A stretch of DNA of 64,000 bases. It comes from an uncultured delta proteobacterium. Lineage in GTDB: Bacteria > Myxococcota > Myxococcia > Myxococcales > Anaeromyxobacteraceae. Every line of letters begins with the position of its first letter. The first letter of the stretch is position 1. The notes under the pieces were generated by a model. That model ran no database searches, was not told the DNA's origin, and saw only the letters and a program-made list of their open reading frames with translations. The position numbers and the translations under genes are program-made. Below are positions 54,752 to 64,000 of the stretch, piece by piece. The stretch is taken from assembly GCA_963814585.1 (NCBI GenBank), contig CAWFDF010000004.1:32001-96000 (forward strand), written 5' to 3'.

Positions 54752-54775
54752 CCCGGCCACGGTTCACGGTTGGTC

Positions 54776-54955
54776 ATGAGCGACGATCCGGCCCCGCCCT
54801 CCCGCCAGGGGCTGGCGGAGCTGCTGCTGCTGGTCGCCTTCCTGGCGCTGGCCACCGGCGGCGCGCTGGCGGTCTTCGGCCCCGAGCTCCGGCAGGCCTT
54901 CGGCGGCCAGCCTCCCCCGGCGGCCACGCCCGCCGGCCCGGCCCGGGCTCCCTGA
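54776..54955 (+). CDS. Small membrane peptide, degenerate Flp-pilin-like
   Basis: QGLAELLLLVAFLAL...VFGPELRQAF. Confidence 0.5.
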   Translation: MSDDPAPPSRQGLAELLLLVAFLALATGGALAVFGPELRQAFGGQPPPAATPAGPARAP

Positions 54956-54979
54956 GACCACGAGGTGTATGCTGCTCGC

Positions 54980-56404
54980 GTGTCGCCACTCGTCCTGATC
55001 GTCGACGACGAGCGCCCCAACCTCGAGTCGCTCGGGAAGATCTTCGAGCGCGAGGGCTGGCGCGTCGCGCAGGCCAGCTCCGGCGCCGAGGCGCTCGAGG
55101 TGGCCCGGCGCGAGCACCCCTCGGTGGTGGTCACCGACCTGATGATGCCGGGCATGAGCGGCGAGTCGCTGCTGCGCGCCCTGAAGGCCGTCTCGCCGGA
55201 GATCGAGGTGGTGCTGATGACCGCCTTCGGCACCGTCGAGTCGGCGGTGGCCGCCATGAAGGAGGGCGCCTACGACTTCATCACCAAGCCGCTCAAGCGG
55301 CAGGCGGTGGTGAAGAGCGTGCGCCAGGCGCTGGAGAAGGCGTCGCTGGTGGCCGAGAACCGCGCGCTGCGGGCGCGGCTGGCCGCCCTGGAGCCGGGCG
55401 GCGACGGCGGCCTGCTCGGCGCCGCCCCGTCCTTCCGCGCCATGCTGGAGACGCTGCGGCAGGTGGCGCCCAGCAACGCCAGCGTGCTGCTGATCGGCGA
55501 GAGCGGCACCGGCAAGGAGCTGGCGGCCCGGCTCATCCACGATCGCTCGGCGCGCGCCCGTGGGCCGTTCGTGGCCGTCAACTGCGGCGCCATCCCCGAG
55601 AGCCTGCTCGAGTCGGAGCTGTTCGGGTACGAGAAGGGGGCCTTCACCGGCGCCGCCGGCCGCAAGGAGGGGCGCTTCGAGCGGGCCCACGGCGGCACGC
55701 TGTTCCTCGACGAGGTCGGCGAGCTGTCGGCCGCGGTGCAGGTGAAGCTCCTGCGGGTGCTGCAGGACGGCGTCATCGACCGGCTGGGCGGCACCGCGCC
55801 GGTGCAGGTGGACGCGCGCATCGTCACCGCCACCAACCGCGAGCTCGCCGCCGAGGTGGCGGCCGGGCGCTTCCGGGAGGACCTCTACTACCGGCTCGAC
55901 GTGGTGACGGTGCGGCTCCCGCCGCTGCGCGAGCGGCGCGAGGACGTCCCGCTGCTGGCCGCCGCGTTCCTGCGGCGGCTGGCGGAGGCCAACGGCCGGC
56001 GGGTGACCGGCTTCACCCCGGCGGCGATGGCGGCGCTGGAGGCGGCGCCGTGGCCAGGCAACGTGCGCGAGCTGCTCCACGCCGTGGAGCGGGCGGTGAT
56101 CCTGGCGCGCGGCGAGGTGGTGGACGTGGGCGACCTCCCCGAGGGGCTGAGGCGCGCGCCCCAAGGCGCCGCGCCGGTCACGGGGGCGCCGGCGGCCCTC
56201 GCCATCCCGCCCGGCACGCCCATGGACGAGGTCGAGCGGCTGGTCATCCGCGAGACGCTGCGGCAGACCCGGGGCGACAAGACGCTGGCGGCCCAGATCC
56301 TCGGCATCGCGCCGAGGACCATCTACCGGAAGCTCGACCGGGACGAGGGCGGGCGGCTGGTGGAGCGGCCCGGTGGCGCCTCGGAGGAGCCGGAGTCGGC
56401 CTGA
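54980..56404 (+). CDS. NtrC-family sigma54-dependent response regulator
   Basis: Receiver (VDDE, TDLMMP), [27 protein letters not shown], Fis-type HTH. Confidence 0.95.
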   Translation: MSPLVLIVDDERPNLESLGKIFEREGWRVAQASSGAEALEVARREHPSVVVTDLMMPGMSGESLLRALKAVSPEIEVVLMTAFGTVESAVAAMKEGAYDFITKPLKRQAVVKSVRQALEKASLVAENRALRARLAALEPGGDGGLLGAAPSFRAMLETLRQVAPSNASVLLIGESGTGKELAARLIHDRSARARGPFVAVNCGAIPESLLESELFGYEKGAFTGAAGRKEGRFERAHGGTLFLDEVGELSAAVQVKLLRVLQDGVIDRLGGTAPVQVDARIVTATNRELAAEVAAGRFREDLYYRLDVVTVRLPPLRERREDVPLLAAAFLRRLAEANGRRVTGFTPAAMAALEAAPWPGNVRELLHAVERAVILARGEVVDVGDLPEGLRRAPQGAAPVTGAPAALAIPPGTPMDEVERLVIRETLRQTRGDKTLAAQILGIAPRTIYRKLDRDEGGRLVERPGGASEEPESA

Positions 56405-56454
56405 CAATTTGGCCGGATCCGGCCGCGGGCAGGGTCGGCTTTGCCAAATTGGCG
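56402..56454. promoter_or_regulatory. Putative enhancer (UAS) sites for a sigma54 activator
   Basis: TGACAATTTGGC (56402) and TGCCAAATTGGC (56442), near-palindromic, 40 bp apart. Confidence 0.55.
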
Positions 56455-56546
56455 GACCTGGCCGGATCGGCACGCCTCGACCCGGAGGTGGCCTGGAATA
56501 GGCCAGCGAACTCGGGATGTTCGGCAGTCTGATCCCGGGCCCCGGG

Positions 56547-56562
56547 TGGCACGTGGGTTGCT
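56547..56562 (+). promoter_or_regulatory. Sigma54 -24/-12 promoter of the gsp operon
   Basis: TGGCAC-GTGGG-TTGCT matches the consensus. Confidence 0.85.
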
Positions 56563-56583
56563 CACCGAGAGCCCAGGCTGGCC

Positions 56584-57564
56584 ATGCTCGACCTCTTCTT
56601 CCGCAAGTACACCTGGACCGCGACCCTCGCCCTGCTCTTCGCCGGGGCCTGGATCGTCGCGCGGACCGTCAACACGGTGGTGGGCGCGGCGATCCGGCCC
56701 AGGCCGCAGGCCGATGCCGGCGCGCTCTCGGCGCCGCCGCCCCGTCCGGCCCTCGCCGCCAACCTGGACACCGACCGCCTCTACCGCCTCATCGGCGTCG
56801 AGCCGCCCAAGGCCGCCGAGATCGCCGCCGCGGCCACCCCGTCCCGCCCGCAGACCTGCGGCGACAGGGCCGCACGACCCGTGAAGAGCGACCTGCGGCT
56901 GCTGCTGGTGGTGGCGGTGCAGGCGGAGGTGCCCAGCGCCTCGCTGGTGACGTTGACCGACGCCGCGACGCGGGAGTCGCGCGTCCTCGGCGTGGGGGAG
57001 GAGTTCGGCGGGGCCAGGCTGCTCGGCGTCGAGCGGCTGGGCGAGGAGGCCGACGCCACCGGGAACGCCTTCAAGATGGTGGCGGTGATCTGCAACGGCG
57101 GCACCAAGGAGTACCTGGACGGCGACGCCGCGGCCGCCGGAGGCGAGCCCCCGCTCAACGTCGGCGTGGCCCAGGTCCCAGGGCGTCCGGCCACCGCCCG
57201 CCCGGCGGGCGGGCGGCTCGACGGCGTCCGCCTCCTCGCCGACAACCGCTACGAGATCGACAAGGCCGTCATCGACTCGTCGCTCTCCAACCTGAACTCG
57301 CTGGCCACCCAGGCGCGGCTCGTCCCCAGCTTCAAGAACGGCGTGGCCAACGGGTTCAAGCTGTTCCAGATCCAGCCCGGCTCGCTCTACTCGTCGATCG
57401 GGATCGAGAACGGCGACGTCATCACCCGCATCAACGGCTACGAGATCAACTCGCCGGACAAGGCGCTCGAGATCTACCAGAAGCTGCGTGAGTCGAGCCA
57501 CGTCACGCTGGAGCTGGACCGAGGCGGACAGAACATCAAGAAGGACTACAGCATCACCCCGTAG
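56584..57564 (+). CDS. gspC: Type II secretion protein GspC with PDZ domain
   Basis: N-terminal TM helix, GFKLFQIQPGS, GIENGDVI..ING; first gene of the operon. Confidence 0.88.
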   Translation: MLDLFFRKYTWTATLALLFAGAWIVARTVNTVVGAAIRPRPQADAGALSAPPPRPALAANLDTDRLYRLIGVEPPKAAEIAAAATPSRPQTCGDRAARPVKSDLRLLLVVAVQAEVPSASLVTLTDAATRESRVLGVGEEFGGARLLGVERLGEEADATGNAFKMVAVICNGGTKEYLDGDAAAAGGEPPLNVGVAQVPGRPATARPAGGRLDGVRLLADNRYEIDKAVIDSSLSNLNSLATQARLVPSFKNGVANGFKLFQIQPGSLYSSIGIENGDVITRINGYEINSPDKALEIYQKLRESSHVTLELDRGGQNIKKDYSITP

Positions 57565-57579
57565 ACGGTGGACCCCTCC

Positions 57580-60292
57580 ATGCGAACCCTCCTCGCCACG
57601 ATCCTCCTCGGCCCGGCCCTGGCGCTGGCCCAGGCGCCGGCCCCGGTGCCGGCTCGACCCCCGGTGCCGGGCGCCGCGCCGGGGCAACCTCCGCCGCCGG
57701 CGATCCAGCCGCTCCCCGCGAAGCGGAAGCCGCCCGCCGCGACCGCCCCGAAGCCGACGCGTCCCGCCGCGCCCCCCGCCGCGGCTCCCGCGCCGGCGGC
57801 CGCCACGGCCGCGGCCCCCGCCGGGCAGCAGGTCGCGCCGGCCCGGGCCGACGCCAAGTGCACGCCCATCCAGGGACGCTTCATGCTCTCCTTCTCCAAG
57901 GCCGACGTCGTCGACGTGCTGGAGCAGGCCAGCCGCTGGACCTGCCGGAACTTCATCTACGGAGAGGACGTGGCCAAGGGGAAGATCACCCTGCTCTCCA
58001 AGTCTCCGGTCACCGCCGAGGAGGCCTACGCGGCGTTCCTGGCGGCGCTCTCGTCCAACAACATCGCGCTCTACCAGACCGGTCGGTACTGGAAGCTGAT
58101 CCGGACCGCCGACGCCAAGAAGACGCCCATCCCGACTTACACCACCGACGGCGCCGAGACCCCGGCCACCGAGCAGCCCATCACCAAGCTCATCCGCCTC
58201 AAGCACGCCGACGCCGACCAGATGCGCGCCATCATGGGGAACTTCATCTCTCCGCAGGGCGCCGACCTGCAGGCCATCCCGCCCGACCTGCTGCTCATCA
58301 CCGACGGCGGCGTCAACGTCCGGCGCATCGAGAAGCTGATCGAGTCGATCGACCGGGCCGGCGGCGGTGACCTGGTGAAGCTGGTCCAGATCCGCTACGC
58401 GCCGGTCAAGGAGATCGCCGACAAGGTGAACCAGATCTTCGGGCAGGCCGCTGGCGCCGGCGGAAAGGCGGGCCGGCGCACCGTCCTCTCCTCGCCGGCG
58501 ACCCGGCCGGCCCCGGGCGCGCCCAAGCCCGGGACCCCGGCCCCGGCCACGCCGGGCGGCGGCGTGGAGGTGCAGGTCACCAAGGTGATCGCCGACGAGC
58601 GAACCAACAAGCTCATCATCATCTCCGATGAGAAGAGCTTCGAGCGGATCATGGAGGTGGTCCAGCAGCTCGACGTACCGACCGCCGAGGGCGGCGGCAT
58701 CCACGTCATCTTCCTCAAGAACTCCAGCGCCGAGGAGCTGGCCACCACGCTGGCCAACCTGTCCCAGGGCAAGTCGGGCAAGTCCGCGGCTCCGCCCATG
58801 CCGGCGAGCCTCCCCGGGCAGCCGGCCGTGGCACGTCCCGCCGGCTCGGGCGCCGCCGCCTCGGCCGAGCTCTTCACCGGCGAGGTGAAGATCACCGCCG
58901 ACAAGACCCAGAACGCGCTGGTGGTCCAGGCCAGCGCCGCCGACATCGTCACGGTCCGGCGCCTGATCGAGAAGCTCGACCGCCCCCGCCGGCAGGTGTT
59001 CGTCGAGGCGGTGATCATGGAGGTGAACCTCAACAACAGCACCCTCTTCGGCGTCGGCATGCACTCCGCGGTGCCGGTGACCACCAAGGACGGGACCGGG
59101 TTCATCCCCGTCTCCTTCTCCCCGGGGCGCATCAACACGCTCGGGATGCTGGGCAACGTCCAGAGCCTGGTCCAGCTGGGCGGCTTCCTCACCGGGTTCG
59201 CCGGCCCGACCTCGGCGGCGCTGAAGGACCTGGGCATCAACATCCCCAACATGGGGATCATGATCCAGGCGCTCCAGTCCTCGTCCGACGTCAACGTGCT
59301 CTCGACGCCGACCCTGCTGGCGGCCGACAACAGCGAGGCGGAGATCTCGGTGGGCCAGACCGTCCCGTTCCAGGCCGCCTACGCGCCGGCGGGGCTCTCC
59401 AGCGCGATCTCCAGCGGCGCCGGCACCGGCACCAGCGCCGCGCTCGGCACGGCGCTCGGCCTCGGCGGGCTCAACAGCCTCTACGCCCCCATCCAGCGCA
59501 CGCCGGTCGAGCTGCGCGTCAAGATCAAGCCGCAGATCGGCGAGGGGGACAACGTCAAGCTGCTGGTGGACGAGCAGGTGGAGGAGATCGTCGAGAAGGA
59601 CGCCCAGCTCGGGCCGACCACCGCCAAGCGCACGGTCAAGTCGGAGATCGTGGCGCGAGACCAGTCGACCATCGTCATCGGCGGCCTGATGCAGGAGCGC
59701 ACCGTCCGTTCGGTGAAGAAGGTGCCCTTCCTCGGCAGCATCCCCATCATCGGCTGGCTCTTCCGTGACACCGCCACCAGCAAGCAGAAGACCAACCTGC
59801 TCCTCTTCCTCACGCCCTACATCATCCGCGACGAGGCCGACTACCGGCGCATCTACGAGAAGAAGCGCAAGGAGCAGCAGGAGTTCGTCGAGGCCTTCTA
59901 CGGCCGGCAGCCCGGCTACGACGTCGCCATCGACTTCGCCCGGAAGGCCGGTCCCTACGGCCGGCTGCGGCGCGAGGTGCTCGAGGAGACCAGCAAGCTC
60001 GAGAACGGCGGCCTGGGCGCCGCGGGGGAGCGGATGGTGACGCCGGGCGATGCCGCCGGTGGCGCGGCCCCTGGCCCCGTCACGGGGCCAGCCGTGCCCT
60101 TGCCTCCGGTCCGACTTCCTCCGCTCGGCCTGCCGCCGGCGCCGGAGGACTTCGAGTCGCCCGAGCCGCCGCCCGACGGGTCCGTCGCGCCGCCGCCGGC
60201 CAGCCCGCCCCCGGTCCCTCGCCGGCCGAGCCGCCAACCAGCCAGCCCCCGGCCTTCCGCCGGAGGCGCCGGCCGGAGGTCGGAACCCATGA
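57580..60292 (+). CDS. gspD: Type II secretion secretin GspD; an indel near 60200 apparently fuses it to gspE
   Basis: N domains, ADERTN, LDRPRRQVFVEAVI, VLSTP, VIGGL, VPFLGSIPIIGWLF; TGA 60290-60292 overlaps the gspE ATG. Confidence 0.9.
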
Positions 60293-62091
60293 TCGGAGAG
60301 GGGCCCACCGAGGTCCTGCCGCTGCCGGGCGGCGAGCGGACCACGCTGGTGGCCAACGCCCCCGCCTACCTCTGCGGGCGGCCGCTCGGGGAGATCCTCG
60401 CCGAGGTGGCCGGGCTCTCGCCCGTCAAGCTGGCCGAGGCGCTGGCAGCCCAGCAGGGCGAGCACGCCGGCGAGCGGCTGGGCGCGATCCTGGTCCGGCT
60501 GCGCAGCTGCACCGAGGCCGAGGTGCTCCGGGCGCTGGCCATCCAGCTCGACCTCCCCTTCCTGGAGCGGATCGATCCGGAGGCCATCGACCCGGCGCTG
60601 GTCAAGAGGGTCCCCATCAACTTCGCCAAGCAGGCCCGGCTGCTGCCGATGAGGTCGAGCGGCGATGGGGCCCGGGTGGCGGTGGTCGACCCGCTCGACA
60701 CGGCGGCGCAGGACTCGGTGGCGGCGCTGCTGGGCCAGCCGGTGTCGGTCGAGGTCGCGCCCGCCCAGGTGGTGCTCGACGCCATCAACGCCGCCTACGA
60801 CCGGGCGGCCGACGAGCACGACAAGATCATGGAGGGGCTCGAGACCGAGGACCTCGAGAGCGTCGCCCATGAGCTGGAGGAGCCGACCGACCTCCTCGAC
60901 GCCGACGACGAGGCCCCCATCATCCGGCTGGTGAACTCGCTCCTCTTCCGTGCCGTGAAGGAGCGGGCCAGCGACATCCACATCAACCCGGAGGAGAAGG
61001 ACATCTCCGTCCGCTACCGGATCGACGGGGTGCTGCGCGAGGTGATCCGCGCCCCCAAGCGCTACCAGGCCTCCATCGCCAGCCGCATCAAGATCATGGG
61101 AGGCCTCAACATCGCCGAGAAGCGGCTCCCCCAGGACGGCCGCATCCGCATCAAGCTCGCCGGCAAGGACGTCGACGTCCGCCTCTCCACCGTGCCCACC
61201 GCCAACGGCGAGCGGATCGTGATGCGCCTGCTCGACAAGTCGAACGTCATCCTCGATCTCGCCGAGATCGGCTTCGAGCCGTGGCAGCTCACCATCATGG
61301 ACGGCCTGATGACACGGGCCCACGGCATCGTCCTGGTGACCGGTCCCACCGGCAGCGGCAAGACCACCACGCTCTACGCCGCCCTCTCCAAGATCAACTC
61401 GCCGGACCTCAACATCCTCACCATCGAGGACCCGGTCGAGATCCCGCTGAAGGGCGTCGGCCAGGTGCAGGTCAACCCCAAGATCGACCTGACCTTCGCC
61501 AACGGCCTGCGCGCCTTCCTGCGCCAGGACCCCGACGTCATCATGGTCGGTGAGATCCGCGACCTGGAGACGGCCGAGATCGCCATCCAGGCCTCGCTCA
61601 CCGGCCACCTGGTGCTCTCCACCGTCCACACCAACGACGCCGCCGGCGCCATCACCCGCCTGGTCGACATGGGCGTGCAGCCGTTCCTGGTGGCCTCCTC
61701 GCTGGTGGGCGTGCTGGCCCAGCGGCTGGTTCGCGTCCTCTGTGGCGCGTGCCGCCAGCCCTACACGCCGACCCCGGAGGAGCGCGAGCAGGTCGGTCTC
61801 TCCGACGACATCCTGGCGCAGGCCGGCCACCCCAAGGCCATCTACAAGGCGGCCGGCTGCCCGGCCTGCCAGCAGACCGGCTACCAGGGCCGCACCGGCA
61901 TCTACGAGCTCATGCTGGTGGACGACGACATCCGCGCCCTGATCCTCAAGAACACCGACTCGTCCACCATCAAGAAGGCGGCCGTCGACCACGGCATGCT
62001 CTCGCTGATGCAGCACGGCGCCTACAAGGTGGCGCTCGGGATCACCACGGCCGCCGAGGTCCTCTCGGTCACCGCCGAGGACCGGCACTGA
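60289..62091 (+). CDS. gspE: Type II secretion ATPase GspE
   Basis: ASDIHI, EKRLPQDGRI, GPTGSGKTTT, TIEDPVE, LRQDPDVIMVGEIRD, Cys tetrad; GGAGG RBS. Confidence 0.95.
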   Translation: MIGEGPTEVLPLPGGERTTLVANAPAYLCGRPLGEILAEVAGLSPVKLAEALAAQQGEHAGERLGAILVRLRSCTEAEVLRALAIQLDLPFLERIDPEAIDPALVKRVPINFAKQARLLPMRSSGDGARVAVVDPLDTAAQDSVAALLGQPVSVEVAPAQVVLDAINAAYDRAADEHDKIMEGLETEDLESVAHELEEPTDLLDADDEAPIIRLVNSLLFRAVKERASDIHINPEEKDISVRYRIDGVLREVIRAPKRYQASIASRIKIMGGLNIAEKRLPQDGRIRIKLAGKDVDVRLSTVPTANGERIVMRLLDKSNVILDLAEIGFEPWQLTIMDGLMTRAHGIVLVTGPTGSGKTTTLYAALSKINSPDLNILTIEDPVEIPLKGVGQVQVNPKIDLTFANGLRAFLRQDPDVIMVGEIRDLETAEIAIQASLTGHLVLSTVHTNDAAGAITRLVDMGVQPFLVASSLVGVLAQRLVRVLCGACRQPYTPTPEEREQVGLSDDILAQAGHPKAIYKAAGCPACQQTGYQGRTGIYELMLVDDDIRALILKNTDSSTIKKAAVDHGMLSLMQHGAYKVALGITTAAEVLSVTAEDRH

Positions 62092-62095
62092 GCCC

Positions 62096-63322
62096 ATGCC
62101 GGTCTTCGAGTACAAGGCGCTGTCCGCCGCCGGGAAGCCGGTGCAGGGGCTCAAGGAGGCCGAGTCCCCCAAGTCGCTCCGCGCCGCGCTGAAGCGTGAC
62201 GGCGTCTTCCTCACCGAGGTGCTGGGCGAGAAGCAGCAGCGGGCCCAGCAGTCCCGCGAGGTGAACGTGCGCCGCTGGGTGGTGGGTCGGGTCGGCGCCG
62301 ACGACCTGGCCATCACCACCCGGCAGCTGGCGGTGCTGGTCCACGCCGGGATTCCCCTGGTCGAGGCGCTGAATGCCCTGGTGGAGCAGGTCGAGCACGA
62401 GCGGCTGAAGCGGGTCATCTCGGACGTGAAGCAGCGGGTCAACGAGGGCGCCTCGCTGGCGGATGCGCTCGCCGTCCACGGCAAGGTCTTCTCCACGCTG
62501 TACTGCAACATGATCCGGGCCGGCGAGTCGTCGGGCGCGCTCGACGTGGTGCTGACGCGCCTCGCCGACTTCACCGAGAGCCAGGCCCGGCTCCGCTCCA
62601 AGGTGATGGGGGCGCTCACCTACCCGGCCGCCATGGCGGTGGTGGGCGGCGCCATCATGCTCATCCTCTTCGCGGTGGTCATCCCCAAGATCACCAAGAT
62701 CTTCGAGGACACCCAGGTGACCCTCCCCTGGACCACCAAGGTGCTGATGGGCTTCTCCACCTTCGTCTCCACCTGGTGGTGGGCGCTGGTGCTGCTGGCG
62801 GCGGCCGGGTTCTGGGGGTTCCTCCGCTGGAAGCAGGTGCCGGCCGGCCGCGCCCGCTGGGACCGCTTCAAGCTCACCGTGCCCATCTTCGGCCGCCTCA
62901 TCCGCACCATCGCCATCGGCCGCTTCTCGCGCACGCTGGCCACGCTGCTGAAGAGCGGCGTCCCGCTGCTGACCGCCATGGACATCGTCAAGAACGTCGT
63001 CGCCAACGTCCGGCTGGCCGAGGTGATCGAGCAGGCCCGCCAGGCCATCCAGGAAGGCGAGTCGATCGCGGCGCCGCTCAAGCGATCCGGCGAGTTCCCG
63101 CCGCTGGTCCACCACATGGTGGCCATCGGCGAGCGCTCCGGCTCGCTCGAGGAGATGCTCGGCAACGTGGCCGACGCCTACGAGGACCAGGTGGAGACCA
63201 CGGTGGCGGCGCTCACCTCGCTCATGGAGCCGATCATGATCGTGCTGATGGGCGCGGTGGTGACGTTCATCGTCTTCTCGGTCCTCATGCCCATCCTGCA
63301 GATCAACACGCTGGCCGGGTGA
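62096..63322 (+). CDS. gspF: Type II secretion inner-membrane platform GspF
   Basis: RQLA.L..AGIPL, AGESSG.L, ALTYP, GERSG.L, EP. Confidence 0.95.
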   Translation: MPVFEYKALSAAGKPVQGLKEAESPKSLRAALKRDGVFLTEVLGEKQQRAQQSREVNVRRWVVGRVGADDLAITTRQLAVLVHAGIPLVEALNALVEQVEHERLKRVISDVKQRVNEGASLADALAVHGKVFSTLYCNMIRAGESSGALDVVLTRLADFTESQARLRSKVMGALTYPAAMAVVGGAIMLILFAVVIPKITKIFEDTQVTLPWTTKVLMGFSTFVSTWWWALVLLAAAGFWGFLRWKQVPAGRARWDRFKLTVPIFGRLIRTIAIGRFSRTLATLLKSGVPLLTAMDIVKNVVANVRLAEVIEQARQAIQEGESIAAPLKRSGEFPPLVHHMVAIGERSGSLEEMLGNVADAYEDQVETTVAALTSLMEPIMIVLMGAVVTFIVFSVLMPILQINTLAG

Positions 63323-63366
63323 CCACCGTGCCCCCGTCCACCCTCACCTCCCCGGAGGTCGCTCAC

Positions 63367-63780
63367 ATGGAACTTCGCAAGCGCCGCGTCCCGCGCGGCA
63401 TGACCCTCATCGAGATCATGGTGGTGCTGGTGATCATCGGCCTGGTCGCCTCGGCGGTGGCCGTCAACGTGGTCGGCCGGCTCGGCGAGGCCAAGGTGAA
63501 GCAGGCCGAGACCGACGTCCGCAACATCGCCAGCCAGGGCGTGGACGCCTACAAGGTGATGCGCGGCCGGTACCCGACCACCGAGGAGGGGCTGGGCGTC
63601 CTCATCAGCGAGAAGTTCGTCAAGGCCAACAAGGGCGGCAAGCTGCTCGACCCGTGGAACCGCGAGTACATCTACCTCTACCCCGGCCAGGCCCACCCGG
63701 ACGGCTTCGACGTGAAGAGCTACGGCGCCGACGGCCAGCCCGGCGGCGAGGGCGAGAACGCCGACATCGTGAACCCCTGA
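63367..63780 (+). CDS. gspG: Major pseudopilin GspG
   Basis: G/MTLIEIMVV, YPTTEEGL, DPW..Y.Y..PG, SYGADG.PGG.G..ADI. Confidence 0.95.
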   Translation: MELRKRRVPRGMTLIEIMVVLVIIGLVASAVAVNVVGRLGEAKVKQAETDVRNIASQGVDAYKVMRGRYPTTEEGLGVLISEKFVKANKGGKLLDPWNREYIYLYPGQAHPDGFDVKSYGADGQPGGEGENADIVNP

Positions 63781-64000
63781 GGAGCCTCCTGGACCGCGGC
63801 GCGCCAGAGCGAGGGTTCACCCTCATCGAGCTGATGGTGGTGATCGCCGTGGTGGCGGTCATCTCCGCCGCCGCCGTGCCCGCGCTCCGCGGCGTCACCG
63901 GCGCCAACGCCCGGCAGGCCGCCGGCGAGGTGGCCGGCACGCTCCGCTACCTCTTCGACACCGCCGCGCTCCGGCACGCCACCTGCCGGCTGGCCATCGA
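63777..64000 (+). CDS. Minor pseudopilin (GspH/FimT-like), partial, probable CTG start
   Basis: Not in the ORF track; ERG/FTLIELMVVIAVVAVISAAAVP; follows gspG. Confidence 0.8.
   Translation, partial: MRSLLDRGAPERGFTLIELMVVIAVVAVISAAAVPALRGVTGANARQAAGEVAGTLRYLFDTAALRHATCRLAI

Noticed and set aside
56323..62619. 2098 aa minus-strand ORF and other long antisense ORFs (for example 4-897, 3838-5652, 7376-8773, 12232-14580)
   Set aside because: Shadow frames of real high-GC genes; no motifs

Overview
High-GC bacterial sequence that looks like a chimera of two genomes joined at about 48,921. The left part (1 to ~48.9 kb) resembles a Chloroflexota or actinobacteria-like genome (my inference). It carries a metal ABC ATPase, DsbA-VKOR, MMPL plus an AttH-like lipoprotein, lysine 2,3-aminomutase, an ECF sigma/anti-sigma pair, DmpA peptidase, PabB/PabC, a GAF-GGDEF-GAF-GGDEF-EAL protein, an AlkZ-like glycosylase, an Rrf2-sufC-sufS-sufU-MoeZ-JAMM cluster with no sufB/sufD and no sulfur-carrier gene, xfp-ackA, USP, a nucleoside hydrolase, DUF885, nth, VapBC, glycerate kinase and a USP-GpgS fusion. 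The right part (~48.9-64 kb) resembles Anaeromyxobacter/Myxococcota. It carries a truncated ligA, a type IV pilin, rho, a tailed rpmE, an NtrC-type regulator, and a sigma54-driven type II secretion operon gspC-D-E-F-G-(H). Many single-base indels break conserved genes, densest in xfp and on both sides of the junction, which fits long-read consensus errors. I found no rRNA, tRNA, CRISPR array or transposase. The best candidate for an undescribed system is the Rrf2-controlled SufC/S/U plus E1/JAMM sulfur-relay operon. Other notable signals are recurrent CTG start codons, widespread leaderless-type promoters and several readable operators. All family calls come from recognising motifs by eye; no database searches were run.
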